From NCBI GenBank assembly GCA_038243585.1, contig JBBSQY010000004.1, positions 32,001 to 96,000 of the forward strand: 64,000 nt of DNA. The letters are read 5' to 3'. The notes under the pieces are model-generated. The model was not told where the DNA came from, searched no databases, and worked only from the letters and a program-made list of their open reading frames with translations. Within the stretch, counting starts at the first letter, position 1; every line of letters begins with the position of its first letter. Shown here piece by piece: positions 50,071 to 58,415 of the stretch. The position numbers were made by a program, and so were the translations under genes. This DNA is from Candidatus Sumerlaeales bacterium (GTDB lineage Bacteria > Sumerlaeota > Sumerlaeia > Sumerlaeales > Sumerlaeaceae).

Positions 50071-51365
50071 GCAGAAAGCCTCGAACCGCATCCCAAGTCC
50101 TATTTGAAAGAGCCGTCAACTGCCTTCCTGGCGGCGTCAACAGTCCCGTTCGGGCCTTTAAGTCCGTAGGCGGTACCCCGCCATTTATGTCACGGGGGCG
50201 CGACGCACAAATCTGGGACGTAGACGGCAATTGCTATATCGACTACGTCATGTCCTACGGACCATTGCTGTTTGGACACGCGCCAGGTTTCGTAACGAAA
50301 GCTATTAAGGCCGCGGCGGAAAATGGGAGCGTCTTCGGTGCGCCCACAGTTGCCGAAGTGGAAATTGCCGAGCTCGTCACTCGCATGGTTCCCTCTGTGG
50401 AAATGATCCGATTCGTCAATAGCGGCAGCGAAGCGACAACCTCCGCCGTTCGCCTGGCACGAGGAGCGACTGGTCGCCGAAAAATCATTAAATGCGCCGG
50501 CTGCTTTCACGGAAGTGTGGATTCGCTCCTGGTCGAAGCCGGCAGCGGAGTTGCCACGCTAGGGGTTCCCGGTACCGCTGGAGTTTCTCCCGCGTTGGCC
50601 GCGGAAACGATTGTGGTGGAATACAATGACGTGAGGCAGCTCGAACAGGCTTTTGTTCTGCATGGACACGATGTCGCCGCGTTCATTATAGAGCCTGTAG
50701 CAGCCAACATGGGGCTGGTACCGCCAGTTCCCGGCTATCTGGAGGCGGCGCGAGAACTCACCCTGCGCCACGGCGCAATTCTCATTTTCGATGAAGTCAT
50801 ATCCGGGTTTCGGATGAGCGCAGGCGGAGCGCAGGAGCTGCTTGGGGTCCGCCCCGATCTCACCTGTTTCGGTAAGATCATAGGCGGCGGCGTACCGTGC
50901 GGGGCTTATGGTGGCAAACGCGACCTAATGGAACAACTGGCACCCGTTGGGCCGGTATACCAGGCCGGCACTCTCTCCGGAAACCCCCTCGCCATGAACG
51001 CAGGCCTAGTCGTGTTGAAAGAAATTGAGCGGCAGGGGCAATCCCTGTATGCTCATCTGGATGCCCTGGGGCAGCGCCTGGAGGATGGCTTGGTTAGCCA
51101 GTTTGCCAACGCGAACGTAAATGTCCAAATTCAGCGGATAGGGTCCATACTCACGCCATTTTTTACCAGTAACCCGGTTCTCAATTACAACGATGCCAAA
51201 TCCTGCGACTCGTCACGTTTTCGCACTTTCTTTCATGGCCTGTTAGATAACGGCATTTATATCGCCCCCAGTCAGTACGAAGGGTGGTTCATCTCCACGG
51301 CGCATACGGAGGAAACAATAGATCAAACAATAGAAACCGTGGGCCGGGTGTTGAAAGCGCAGTAA
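50067..51365 (+). CDS. hemL: glutamate-1-semialdehyde 2,1-aminomutase
   Basis: PGGVNSPVRAF, RFVNSGSEA, FDEVISGFR, GKIIGGG, YQAGTLSGNP. Confidence 0.96.
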   Translation: MSRKPRTASQVLFERAVNCLPGGVNSPVRAFKSVGGTPPFMSRGRDAQIWDVDGNCYIDYVMSYGPLLFGHAPGFVTKAIKAAAENGSVFGAPTVAEVEIAELVTRMVPSVEMIRFVNSGSEATTSAVRLARGATGRRKIIKCAGCFHGSVDSLLVEAGSGVATLGVPGTAGVSPALAAETIVVEYNDVRQLEQAFVLHGHDVAAFIIEPVAANMGLVPPVPGYLEAARELTLRHGAILIFDEVISGFRMSAGGAQELLGVRPDLTCFGKIIGGGVPCGAYGGKRDLMEQLAPVGPVYQAGTLSGNPLAMNAGLVVLKEIERQGQSLYAHLDALGQRLEDGLVSQFANANVNVQIQRIGSILTPFFTSNPVLNYNDAKSCDSSRFRTFFHGLLDNGIYIAPSQYEGWFISTAHTEETIDQTIETVGRVLKAQ

Positions 51366-51406
51366 TCTAGCCCTCGCCGCGTATGTTTATCCCACAAATA
51401 TTCCCG

Positions 51407-52357
51407 CTACCGAAGTAGATTCTGGATCGTCGCCAACCCGCCCCCCCGTGTTTCGGCTGCGTCTTCAGAGCCTTGATATGGTACATCTGCGAATGCAGCC
51501 ACATCAAGCGGCTGCATTTCAGCTTGTTCCACAAGCGAAGGGGCTTGTCGCACAGCCTCTTCCATCGTTGTACGCTCCATAAACAGGTTGCCCAGCAATT
51601 GTCTACGGATCGTCTGGCCGTCGTCATCAATCCACATCAGCGTCTTAATGTCGCCCACAGAACTTTCCACCCGGAAAGCCTGCAGTTCTTTGCCGTTAAT
51701 CACAATGGTTTCTTTATCCTGGATCTCAACCGTGAGTGTTCCCCTGTTAATCCCGGTTAGAGGATCGATAATAGGTGCCGACATCCGGCTTCCTTCCCGG
51801 ATTTCCATCTGGCGGCTTAAAAGTGGTCGTAACGCCTCTGCCAGGCTTATGGAGTTTTTTAATGCAACTTTGGTTCGGTTTATCTTGTCCCCGTTAACGA
51901 CGGCTACATTAAGAGTATTGCCGCTAACCAGTCCGGTACTGCTGAGGTTTAACGGGCCTAGTCTGGTTTCTCCATGAAACGCGCTGAGATTCAAATCGGT
52001 GTTGATATCGGCCACGACTTTAACAGTTGCCTTCGGTAAAAGTGGAGCGAGCTTACCTTCCAGATTAAAGTGAGCGCGGTAAGTAGCGTTTGTGGTGATT
52101 TCATCAGACTTTCGGATGGTTGTTGCCGTGGCACCTACCGGGGTGCTTTTTTCCCCCTTGTCTTCGATACTCACGATGAGCATATACTCCTCCACATCCT
52201 GCCATCGCGGAACGACCTTAACAGAACCTAAAAGAGATTCAGTTGTAAACGCAGGCGGAGCCGACCGTTCGAAATAATACGTTTTAAGAAGGTATCCCAT
52301 TGTCAAAAGCCAGGCCATCACAATGGTCGATCCTGCTATAAGAGATCTTCGGGTCAA
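51407..52357 (-). CDS. membrane-anchored hypothetical protein
   Basis: 316-aa ORF, N-terminal TM, beta-rich body. Confidence 0.65.
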   Translation of the reverse strand: MTRRSLIAGSTIVMAWLLTMGYLLKTYYFERSAPPAFTTESLLGSVKVVPRWQDVEEYMLIVSIEDKGEKSTPVGATATTIRKSDEITTNATYRAHFNLEGKLAPLLPKATVKVVADINTDLNLSAFHGETRLGPLNLSSTGLVSGNTLNVAVVNGDKINRTKVALKNSISLAEALRPLLSRQMEIREGSRMSAPIIDPLTGINRGTLTVEIQDKETIVINGKELQAFRVESSVGDIKTLMWIDDDGQTIRRQLLGNLFMERTTMEEAVRQAPSLVEQAEMQPLDVAAFADVPYQGSEDAAETRGGGLATIQNLLR

Positions 52358-52417
52358 AAGTGGCTCCTTCTAAAAATAACTGCCTGGGTAACGGCGAAAT
52401 GAGATTCGCGAACTTCT

Positions 52418-53011
52418 ATGGAAAAGTCTCTGTCTGAAAAAAAGGCGCTGCTGCGGGAACATTACCGCGGAGTGCGTTCTTCTATTAAAGAAACCAATCG
52501 CCTAATGTGGGACAAGGCAATCATGGCCTCGTTAATGTCACTGCCGCGCGTCATAACTGCGGATGTGGTGTTCTCTTATCTATCCCGATCCGGAGAAGTA
52601 TCCACGCTCTCCATTATCGATGCGATGCTGGGGCAGAAGAAACTTGTGTTAACGCCGTCACCGGATATTCGAGCATTGCCCCGGGATGGGTTTTTTGAAG
52701 TATCCGATCGCGCTCATGCCGAGGAAGCCTTTATCCCGAAACCTTCCATGGAAAAGCGAGCAGAAGCTATCGACGTGATTCTCGTGCCGGGCATCGTGTG
52801 GGACAAAGCGGGCTACCGGGTAGGCTTCGGGGGCGGATACTTCGATAGACTGCTTTCCACGGCACGACCAGACTGCCTGAAGATAGGCCTCGCCTACGAA
52901 TGCCAGATGGAGAAAGATGTGCCGCTAGAGCACTGGGATCAACAAACGGACCTGGTGATAACAGAAAGCCACGTATACGACATCAAGTCTCCAACAAGCC
53001 CGCTGAAATAA
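52418..53011 (+). CDS. ygfA: 5-formyltetrahydrofolate cyclo-ligase
   Basis: K..LR, GEV.T, DVILVPG...D..GYRVGFGGGYFDR, GLAYECQ, D.VITE. Confidence 0.9.
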   Translation: MEKSLSEKKALLREHYRGVRSSIKETNRLMWDKAIMASLMSLPRVITADVVFSYLSRSGEVSTLSIIDAMLGQKKLVLTPSPDIRALPRDGFFEVSDRAHAEEAFIPKPSMEKRAEAIDVILVPGIVWDKAGYRVGFGGGYFDRLLSTARPDCLKIGLAYECQMEKDVPLEHWDQQTDLVITESHVYDIKSPTSPLK

Positions 53012-53170
53012 GGTCTCGGCTGCTCTACGGCACATTCAGCACCAAGGGCTCATCCCCGATCAATCATGTAGGTATGCCATTTGTGTACATGATGTGCTAT
53101 AGGTACAAGGTGAAGTTCATTATTACCGAACGCAGTGCATCGCTACGAATTTTAGAAAAGAGAAAATCGG

Positions 53171-54217
53171 ATGATACAATCCAAGGGTTATGGGGCAGTA
53201 AGCGCAGATGCGGAGGTGGCAGGCCTGGAGTTTTCCCGCCGGGAGCCAGATGCGCGAGACGTGGTGCTGGAAATCCTGTTTTGCGGGGTGTGTCATTCCG
53301 ATCTCCACCAGGTGCGAAACGACTGGGGAGGTTCAACGTATCCCATAGTCCCCGGCCATGAAATTGTCGGCCGGGTAGTTAAGGTGGGCGCAGAGGTGAC
53401 GAGTTTCTCGGTGGGGGATATGGCCGCCATAGGTTGCATGGTAGATTCCTGCAGAGAGTGTTCAAGCTGTCAGGACGGACTGGAGCAATATTGTGAGAAC
53501 GCCCCGACGTTTACCTACAACAGCCCGGATCGTAAGGGGCCTGGAACTACAATGGGCGGGTATTCTAACAACATAGTTGCGGATGAGGCATTTGTGCTGA
53601 AGGTGCCGGCAGGGCTGGACCTGGCGGGGACTGCACCGCTACTATGTGCAGGAATCACCACTTACTCTCCGCTGAAGCACTGGAAGGTGGGACCGGGGCA
53701 AAAAGTGGGCGTGGTAGGCTTGGGCGGACTGGGCCACATGGCACTGAAATTGGCAAAAGCCTTTGGCGCAGAGGTGGTCCTGTTTACTACATCACCTGAC
53801 AAAAAGGATGATGCACTAGCTCTAGGGGCCAGTGACGTGGTGATATCGAGAGACTCCGATGCAATGGCTGCGCAAATGCGCACCTTTGATTTTATACTCA
53901 ACACAGTATCCGCGAAACACGATATAAACCCGTATCTCAACCTGCTAAAGCGAGACGGTGCCATGGTTCTAGTCGGGCTGCCCAGCGAACCGTTACCGGT
54001 TGGCGTATTCAGCCTGGCTGCCCAGCGGAGAACACTGGCAGGGTCCAATATCGGCGGGATTGCAGAAACGCAGGAAATGCTGGATTATTGCGCGGAGCAT
54101 AAGATCGTTTCTGATGTGGAAGTCATAAAAATCGACTACATTAATACAGCCTTTGAGCGGATGGTGAAGGGTGACGTAAAGTATCGATTTGTTATCGATA
54201 TGGCATCGCTCAAATAA
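53171..54217 (+). CDS. Zn-dependent NAD(P) alcohol dehydrogenase (cinnamyl ADH/YahK-like)
   Basis: CGVCHSD, PGHEIVG, C..C..C.......C, APLLCAGITTYSPL, GLGGLGHM, YRFVID. Confidence 0.93.
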   Translation: MIQSKGYGAVSADAEVAGLEFSRREPDARDVVLEILFCGVCHSDLHQVRNDWGGSTYPIVPGHEIVGRVVKVGAEVTSFSVGDMAAIGCMVDSCRECSSCQDGLEQYCENAPTFTYNSPDRKGPGTTMGGYSNNIVADEAFVLKVPAGLDLAGTAPLLCAGITTYSPLKHWKVGPGQKVGVVGLGGLGHMALKLAKAFGAEVVLFTTSPDKKDDALALGASDVVISRDSDAMAAQMRTFDFILNTVSAKHDINPYLNLLKRDGAMVLVGLPSEPLPVGVFSLAAQRRTLAGSNIGGIAETQEMLDYCAEHKIVSDVEVIKIDYINTAFERMVKGDVKYRFVIDMASLK

Positions 54218-54244
54218 GCGATTCGTTATGCCAGAGACAAAAAT

Positions 54245-54431
54245 GTAGGATGGGCATTCCTGCCCGTCTCAGTTGGCTCCGGCAAAACAGCCCGCTGCCA
54301 AATTTGAAAAACTGCCAAGCCGGTAATCATCATCCTTAAAACTAAAAACACTTGCTCCATATCCACCATTCCAGCAGGAGCGCACCACCGCGCATCGCAG
54401 CTGCGGAGACGGGCAGTAATGCCCATCCTAC
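54245..54431. repeat. inverted REP doublet, GTAG family B
   Basis: GTAGGATGGGCATTCCTGCCCGTCTC (54245-54270) and a near-exact reverse complement (54406-54431). Confidence 0.82.
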
Positions 54432-54545
54432 TCTCTCAGCAGCGCTGCCGACCAGTCGCTTAAGGCAAATTCGAATGTTGTCCATAATACTGTTTGACGC
54501 TGTTTTTTTGCACAATATTACTCGTGTCTACCTAATCAAGAAAAA

Positions 54546-56045
54546 GTGAGGGATTCAATGACCACGCTCAAAGCACTGTCATCCCGGATTGCCGTATTTA
54601 TCTCGGCGTCCGTTTTTGTATTGGCGCCCACGACGCCGGCAATGGCGCAAACGACAGGCACTGCAGCCACATCAAAAAAGCCAAACGTCGTCATGATCTT
54701 TACCGATGACCTGGGTTATGCAGATATATCCAGCTTTGCTGAAACACCATTGAAGGTGAAGACTCCAAATATCGACCGGCTTTCGAAAGAAGGCATGAAG
54801 TTTACCCAGTTTTACGTAAACAGCCCTATATGTTCGCCGTCCAGAGCCGCGGTATTAAGCGGTATGTTTCCTCCAAAGACAGGGATTACAAGCTATCTGC
54901 AGCAGCGCGAGGGTAATAATAATGCTGACCAGAACGATTACATGGATCCAGCAATGTCCTACCTGCCGAAGTCGTTTAAGGCGGCCGGGTATGCCACCGT
55001 TCATGTCGGCAAGTGGCATCTGGGCGGCGGCCGGGATGTAGACAATGCACCCTCCATTGGTAAATACGGGTATGACGAATTCTACAGTACCTGGGAAAGC
55101 CCCGATCGGGATCCAAAACTTGGCACAAACTACGCCCCCTGGGATAAGCGTAAAGATCCCGAGCAGGTAGACCGTTGGGACCGTACCCGCCAGATGGTGG
55201 ATAGAACTCTGGACTTTATGAAGCGTAACGAAGATAAACCGACCTTTGTTACTTTGTGGCCGGATGACTTGCACACGCCGTTCTGGCCAAGCCCTGAAAT
55301 GGTAACCAAGTATGGCGGCGAGGCGTACGCGTTTGAACCCATAGAAAATTTTTACGGTGTTCTGGAAGAGTATGACCGACAGATCGGACGTTTGCTGGAC
55401 GGATTGAAGGCGGAAGGAATGGAAGATAATACTATCATTTTCTTTACCGGGGACAACGGTCCGGCACCGCATTATGATCATACGCGAACAGACGGAATGC
55501 GCGGCATGAAAATCAGCCTGTTCGAGGGAGGAATACGTCAGCCGTTTGTAATCCGCTGGCCCGGACACATCCCGGCAGGCACGGAAAATAACGACACTGT
55601 TATGACGGGGATGGATCTGCTGCCGACTCTTACCTCCTTAGCCAAAATACCCGCAATGCCCGAAAGCGCCGGCAAAGTGGACGGAGAAGATCTCTCTCAG
55701 GCAATGCTCGGAACCCCTGTAATGCGTGAAGGGGCCATATTCTGGGAGCACGGGCGCCGCGACGCTCAAGGAGAGCCGCGGCAAGGAATTCCGTTGGCTA
55801 AAGGCGAGAATCGCAGCCCTAATCTCTGCATACGCGTTGGCGACATGAAACTAATGGTGAACGATGATGGAACCAGTGCCATGTTGTTTAATGTCCGCAA
55901 GGATCCGAAGGAAACGACAGACCTGTCTAAACAGGACAGCGAGACCGTGAACGAGATGGCGAAAAAAGTTATCGATTGGAGCAATACGCTCCCGCATCGC
56001 ACGCAGCCATACCCGGTGAAGAACGGGTCAGTTACTAGTAACTAA
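54546..56045 (+). CDS. exported formylglycine-dependent (S1) sulfatase
   Basis: Signal peptide; PNVV.IF.DDLG, CSPSRAA (CxPxR), GKWHLG, DNG, K.SLFEGGIR.P. Confidence 0.93.
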   Translation: MRDSMTTLKALSSRIAVFISASVFVLAPTTPAMAQTTGTAATSKKPNVVMIFTDDLGYADISSFAETPLKVKTPNIDRLSKEGMKFTQFYVNSPICSPSRAAVLSGMFPPKTGITSYLQQREGNNNADQNDYMDPAMSYLPKSFKAAGYATVHVGKWHLGGGRDVDNAPSIGKYGYDEFYSTWESPDRDPKLGTNYAPWDKRKDPEQVDRWDRTRQMVDRTLDFMKRNEDKPTFVTLWPDDLHTPFWPSPEMVTKYGGEAYAFEPIENFYGVLEEYDRQIGRLLDGLKAEGMEDNTIIFFTGDNGPAPHYDHTRTDGMRGMKISLFEGGIRQPFVIRWPGHIPAGTENNDTVMTGMDLLPTLTSLAKIPAMPESAGKVDGEDLSQAMLGTPVMREGAIFWEHGRRDAQGEPRQGIPLAKGENRSPNLCIRVGDMKLMVNDDGTSAMLFNVRKDPKETTDLSKQDSETVNEMAKKVIDWSNTLPHRTQPYPVKNGSVTSN

Positions 56046-56048
56046 GAG

Positions 56049-56085
56049 CAGCGCCAGTTTTCAAGCATTTTGAAAACTGGCGCTG
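56049..56085. terminator. 16-bp stem-loop after sulfatase
   Basis: CAGCGCCAGTTTTCAA/TTGAAAACTGGCGCTG; weak U-tract. Confidence 0.6.
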
Positions 56086-56205
56086 TCAAATTGCAAGTTT
56101 TCTATAGCTGGAATTTCGAGAGTATTAGGTAACATATAGCACCACTTCTTATAAGTGCCCCTTTAAGTTAGATATAACTTTACGACACCATCGTTAATCA
56201 GAATT

Positions 56206-58326
56206 GTGCATCTGCCCCTAATGAGCCTTAAATCAGGTAATAAGTTTAACATTTGGCCGTTCCTTCCCTGGCTATTATTTGTCGCAGGACTTTCATTTAC
56301 GCTTTTCGCCGCGCGTTACGTGTGGGTCGCTGGAGAGGCCGAAGATCGCCAGCGTTTTCAAAAAGCGACAATGGAAATTGCAAATGCCGTCAAGTCAATG
56401 ATGGAGGTGCATGAGGCGGTCTTACGGGGCACTGCCGGCTTTTTTGGAGCTAATGAGAGCGTCAGTCCTGAACAATTTCGCAAATATGTGGGACGTCTGC
56501 TACTTCGAAAATATTATCCAGGCGTGCAGCAACTCGGATTTATAGAAAGACAATATCCGGATAAGCCGTATGAACCGACTTTGTTATTGCACACCAGTCC
56601 GGATGGTACGTTGCCAGCCACTTCTGCATCCGTTGTAAGTGTCAAGTTTCTGGAGCCTGTGGGTCGCAACTTGGTTTCGTTGGACGCGCTGATCAACACC
56701 ACGCCTGCGATGCGAGCCGCAATGCAAAGTGCGGGGGATAATGGAATTCCCGTCGTCGCTGCGCCTGTTGCGCTGAGCCATGGTGTTTTAGATCCCAAAC
56801 AACTTGAAGTAGTCATGTTTATCCCGGTATATAAAAATGGTGGAATCCCTGCGTCACAGGCTGCTCGCCGGAGCACTCTGTTAGGATTTACCGTAGCCCT
56901 TTCACCTTCACGCGATCTCTTTAAGGCTATGCTTAAAGGACTACCTCCTACTTCAATTAAGCTCCGTGCCACCGATACGACTTTTGATAAACCCGTTTTT
57001 CTGTTTGAGACCGATAGCGAATCTATTGCCGACGGTAACAATAACTCCCGCTTTACGGATGTGCGCAACACCGCCATAAGAGGGCGCAATTGGAGGCTGG
57101 AATTTTTCTCCCCATACAATTACGGATCGTCGTATCTTAAGGGAGCGTTTCCGGCAACCGCCGTAGCCGGCACTATATTTAGCTTCCTGATTTTGATGTT
57201 CGGATTAGGGCAGGTGCGCGCTCGTCAGCATGCGGAAGAGGCAATCGGACAGCTGAGAACCTCCGAACATGAACTCCAGGAGGCCAGCACTGTTCTGGAA
57301 TGGAAAGTAGCAGAACGTACGAACACGCTCGAACGTACAATTAGCGATCAGGCGCTGATGAAGGAATTTACGGACCAGCTACAAGCCTGCTTTACCATTG
57401 AAGAAGCTGGCAGTGCCATTCAGCATTTTTCAGCAAAGCTGTTCCCTGGGTGGTCCGGGTCCATGACCCTGCTTCGATCGTCGAAGAACCTCATCGAAGT
57501 CATCAGCCGCTGGGGTGAGGATGCCACCGGGCAGTCCATGTTCGCGCCCGACGATTGCTGGGCCCTGCGGAGAGGCCGTCCTCATCATGTGGAAGACGGT
57601 GGTTCCGGAGTAGCGTGTTCTCACTTCGAAGATTTTTCAGGCATGGAATCTCTGTGTGTGCCGATGCTGGCCCAGGGAGACACCATCGGGACTTTGCATC
57701 TGTGTCGCAGGGTAAATGATCATCGGATGGATGGCGAAAGGCAGTTGGCTGTAATAGTAGCTGAGCATGTCGGTCTGGTGCTGGCCAACATTAAACTGCG
57801 CGAAGTGCTGCGTGCCCAGTCTGTTCGTGATCCGCTGACAAACCTGTTTAATCGCCGCTACATGGAGGCATCCATAGAACGCGAGCTCGCGCGGTGCATT
57901 CGCAACTCCTGTCCGCTCTCAGTCATGATGCTCGATCTGGATCACTTCAAAAAATTTAACGACACCTACGGGCACGAAGTGGGGGATGAGATACTACGGC
58001 GTCTTAGTCATATCCTTCAAACCTCCGTTCGAAGCGAAGACATTGCATGTCGGTATGGCGGAGAAGAATTTCTTATTATAATGCCGGATGCCACTTTACA
58101 GGAAGCTCTCGAACGGGCGGAGAACATTCGTGTAAACGTGGCCGATACGGAAATCCGGCACCGGAACGAAATATACAAAGATCTGACAATATCCATTGGT
58201 GTCGCCTCTTATCCAGACCACGGTATGGACGCGACTTCGCTGGTCCGCAAAGCGGATACAGCCCTTTATCAGGCGAAAGCTGAGGGGCGAAACAAAGTGA
58301 AGCAGTTTGATGAGGGAAAAGCGTAG
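56206..58326 (+). CDS. diguanylate cyclase (CHASE-GAF-GGDEF)
   Basis: Two TM flanking a CHASE-like domain, CWALRRG GAF, DPLTNLFNRR, DLDHFK.FND.YGH, RSED I-site, GGEEF. Confidence 0.92.
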   Translation: MHLPLMSLKSGNKFNIWPFLPWLLFVAGLSFTLFAARYVWVAGEAEDRQRFQKATMEIANAVKSMMEVHEAVLRGTAGFFGANESVSPEQFRKYVGRLLLRKYYPGVQQLGFIERQYPDKPYEPTLLLHTSPDGTLPATSASVVSVKFLEPVGRNLVSLDALINTTPAMRAAMQSAGDNGIPVVAAPVALSHGVLDPKQLEVVMFIPVYKNGGIPASQAARRSTLLGFTVALSPSRDLFKAMLKGLPPTSIKLRATDTTFDKPVFLFETDSESIADGNNNSRFTDVRNTAIRGRNWRLEFFSPYNYGSSYLKGAFPATAVAGTIFSFLILMFGLGQVRARQHAEEAIGQLRTSEHELQEASTVLEWKVAERTNTLERTISDQALMKEFTDQLQACFTIEEAGSAIQHFSAKLFPGWSGSMTLLRSSKNLIEVISRWGEDATGQSMFAPDDCWALRRGRPHHVEDGGSGVACSHFEDFSGMESLCVPMLAQGDTIGTLHLCRRVNDHRMDGERQLAVIVAEHVGLVLANIKLREVLRAQSVRDPLTNLFNRRYMEASIERELARCIRNSCPLSVMMLDLDHFKKFNDTYGHEVGDEILRRLSHILQTSVRSEDIACRYGGEEFLIIMPDATLQEALERAENIRVNVADTEIRHRNEIYKDLTISIGVASYPDHGMDATSLVRKADTALYQAKAEGRNKVKQFDEGKA

Positions 58327-58415
58327 TCTGCAGCCAATCACCAAGCTGCAATCTCAATCCTGCGGCTCCCGATTGACCGTTATGAAAAAAAGTTTCTTCA
58401 ATAACCCTGCCATGG

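Noticed and set aside
52358..52417. 6S RNA upstream of ygfA
   Set aside because: 60-nt divergent intergenic gap is too short
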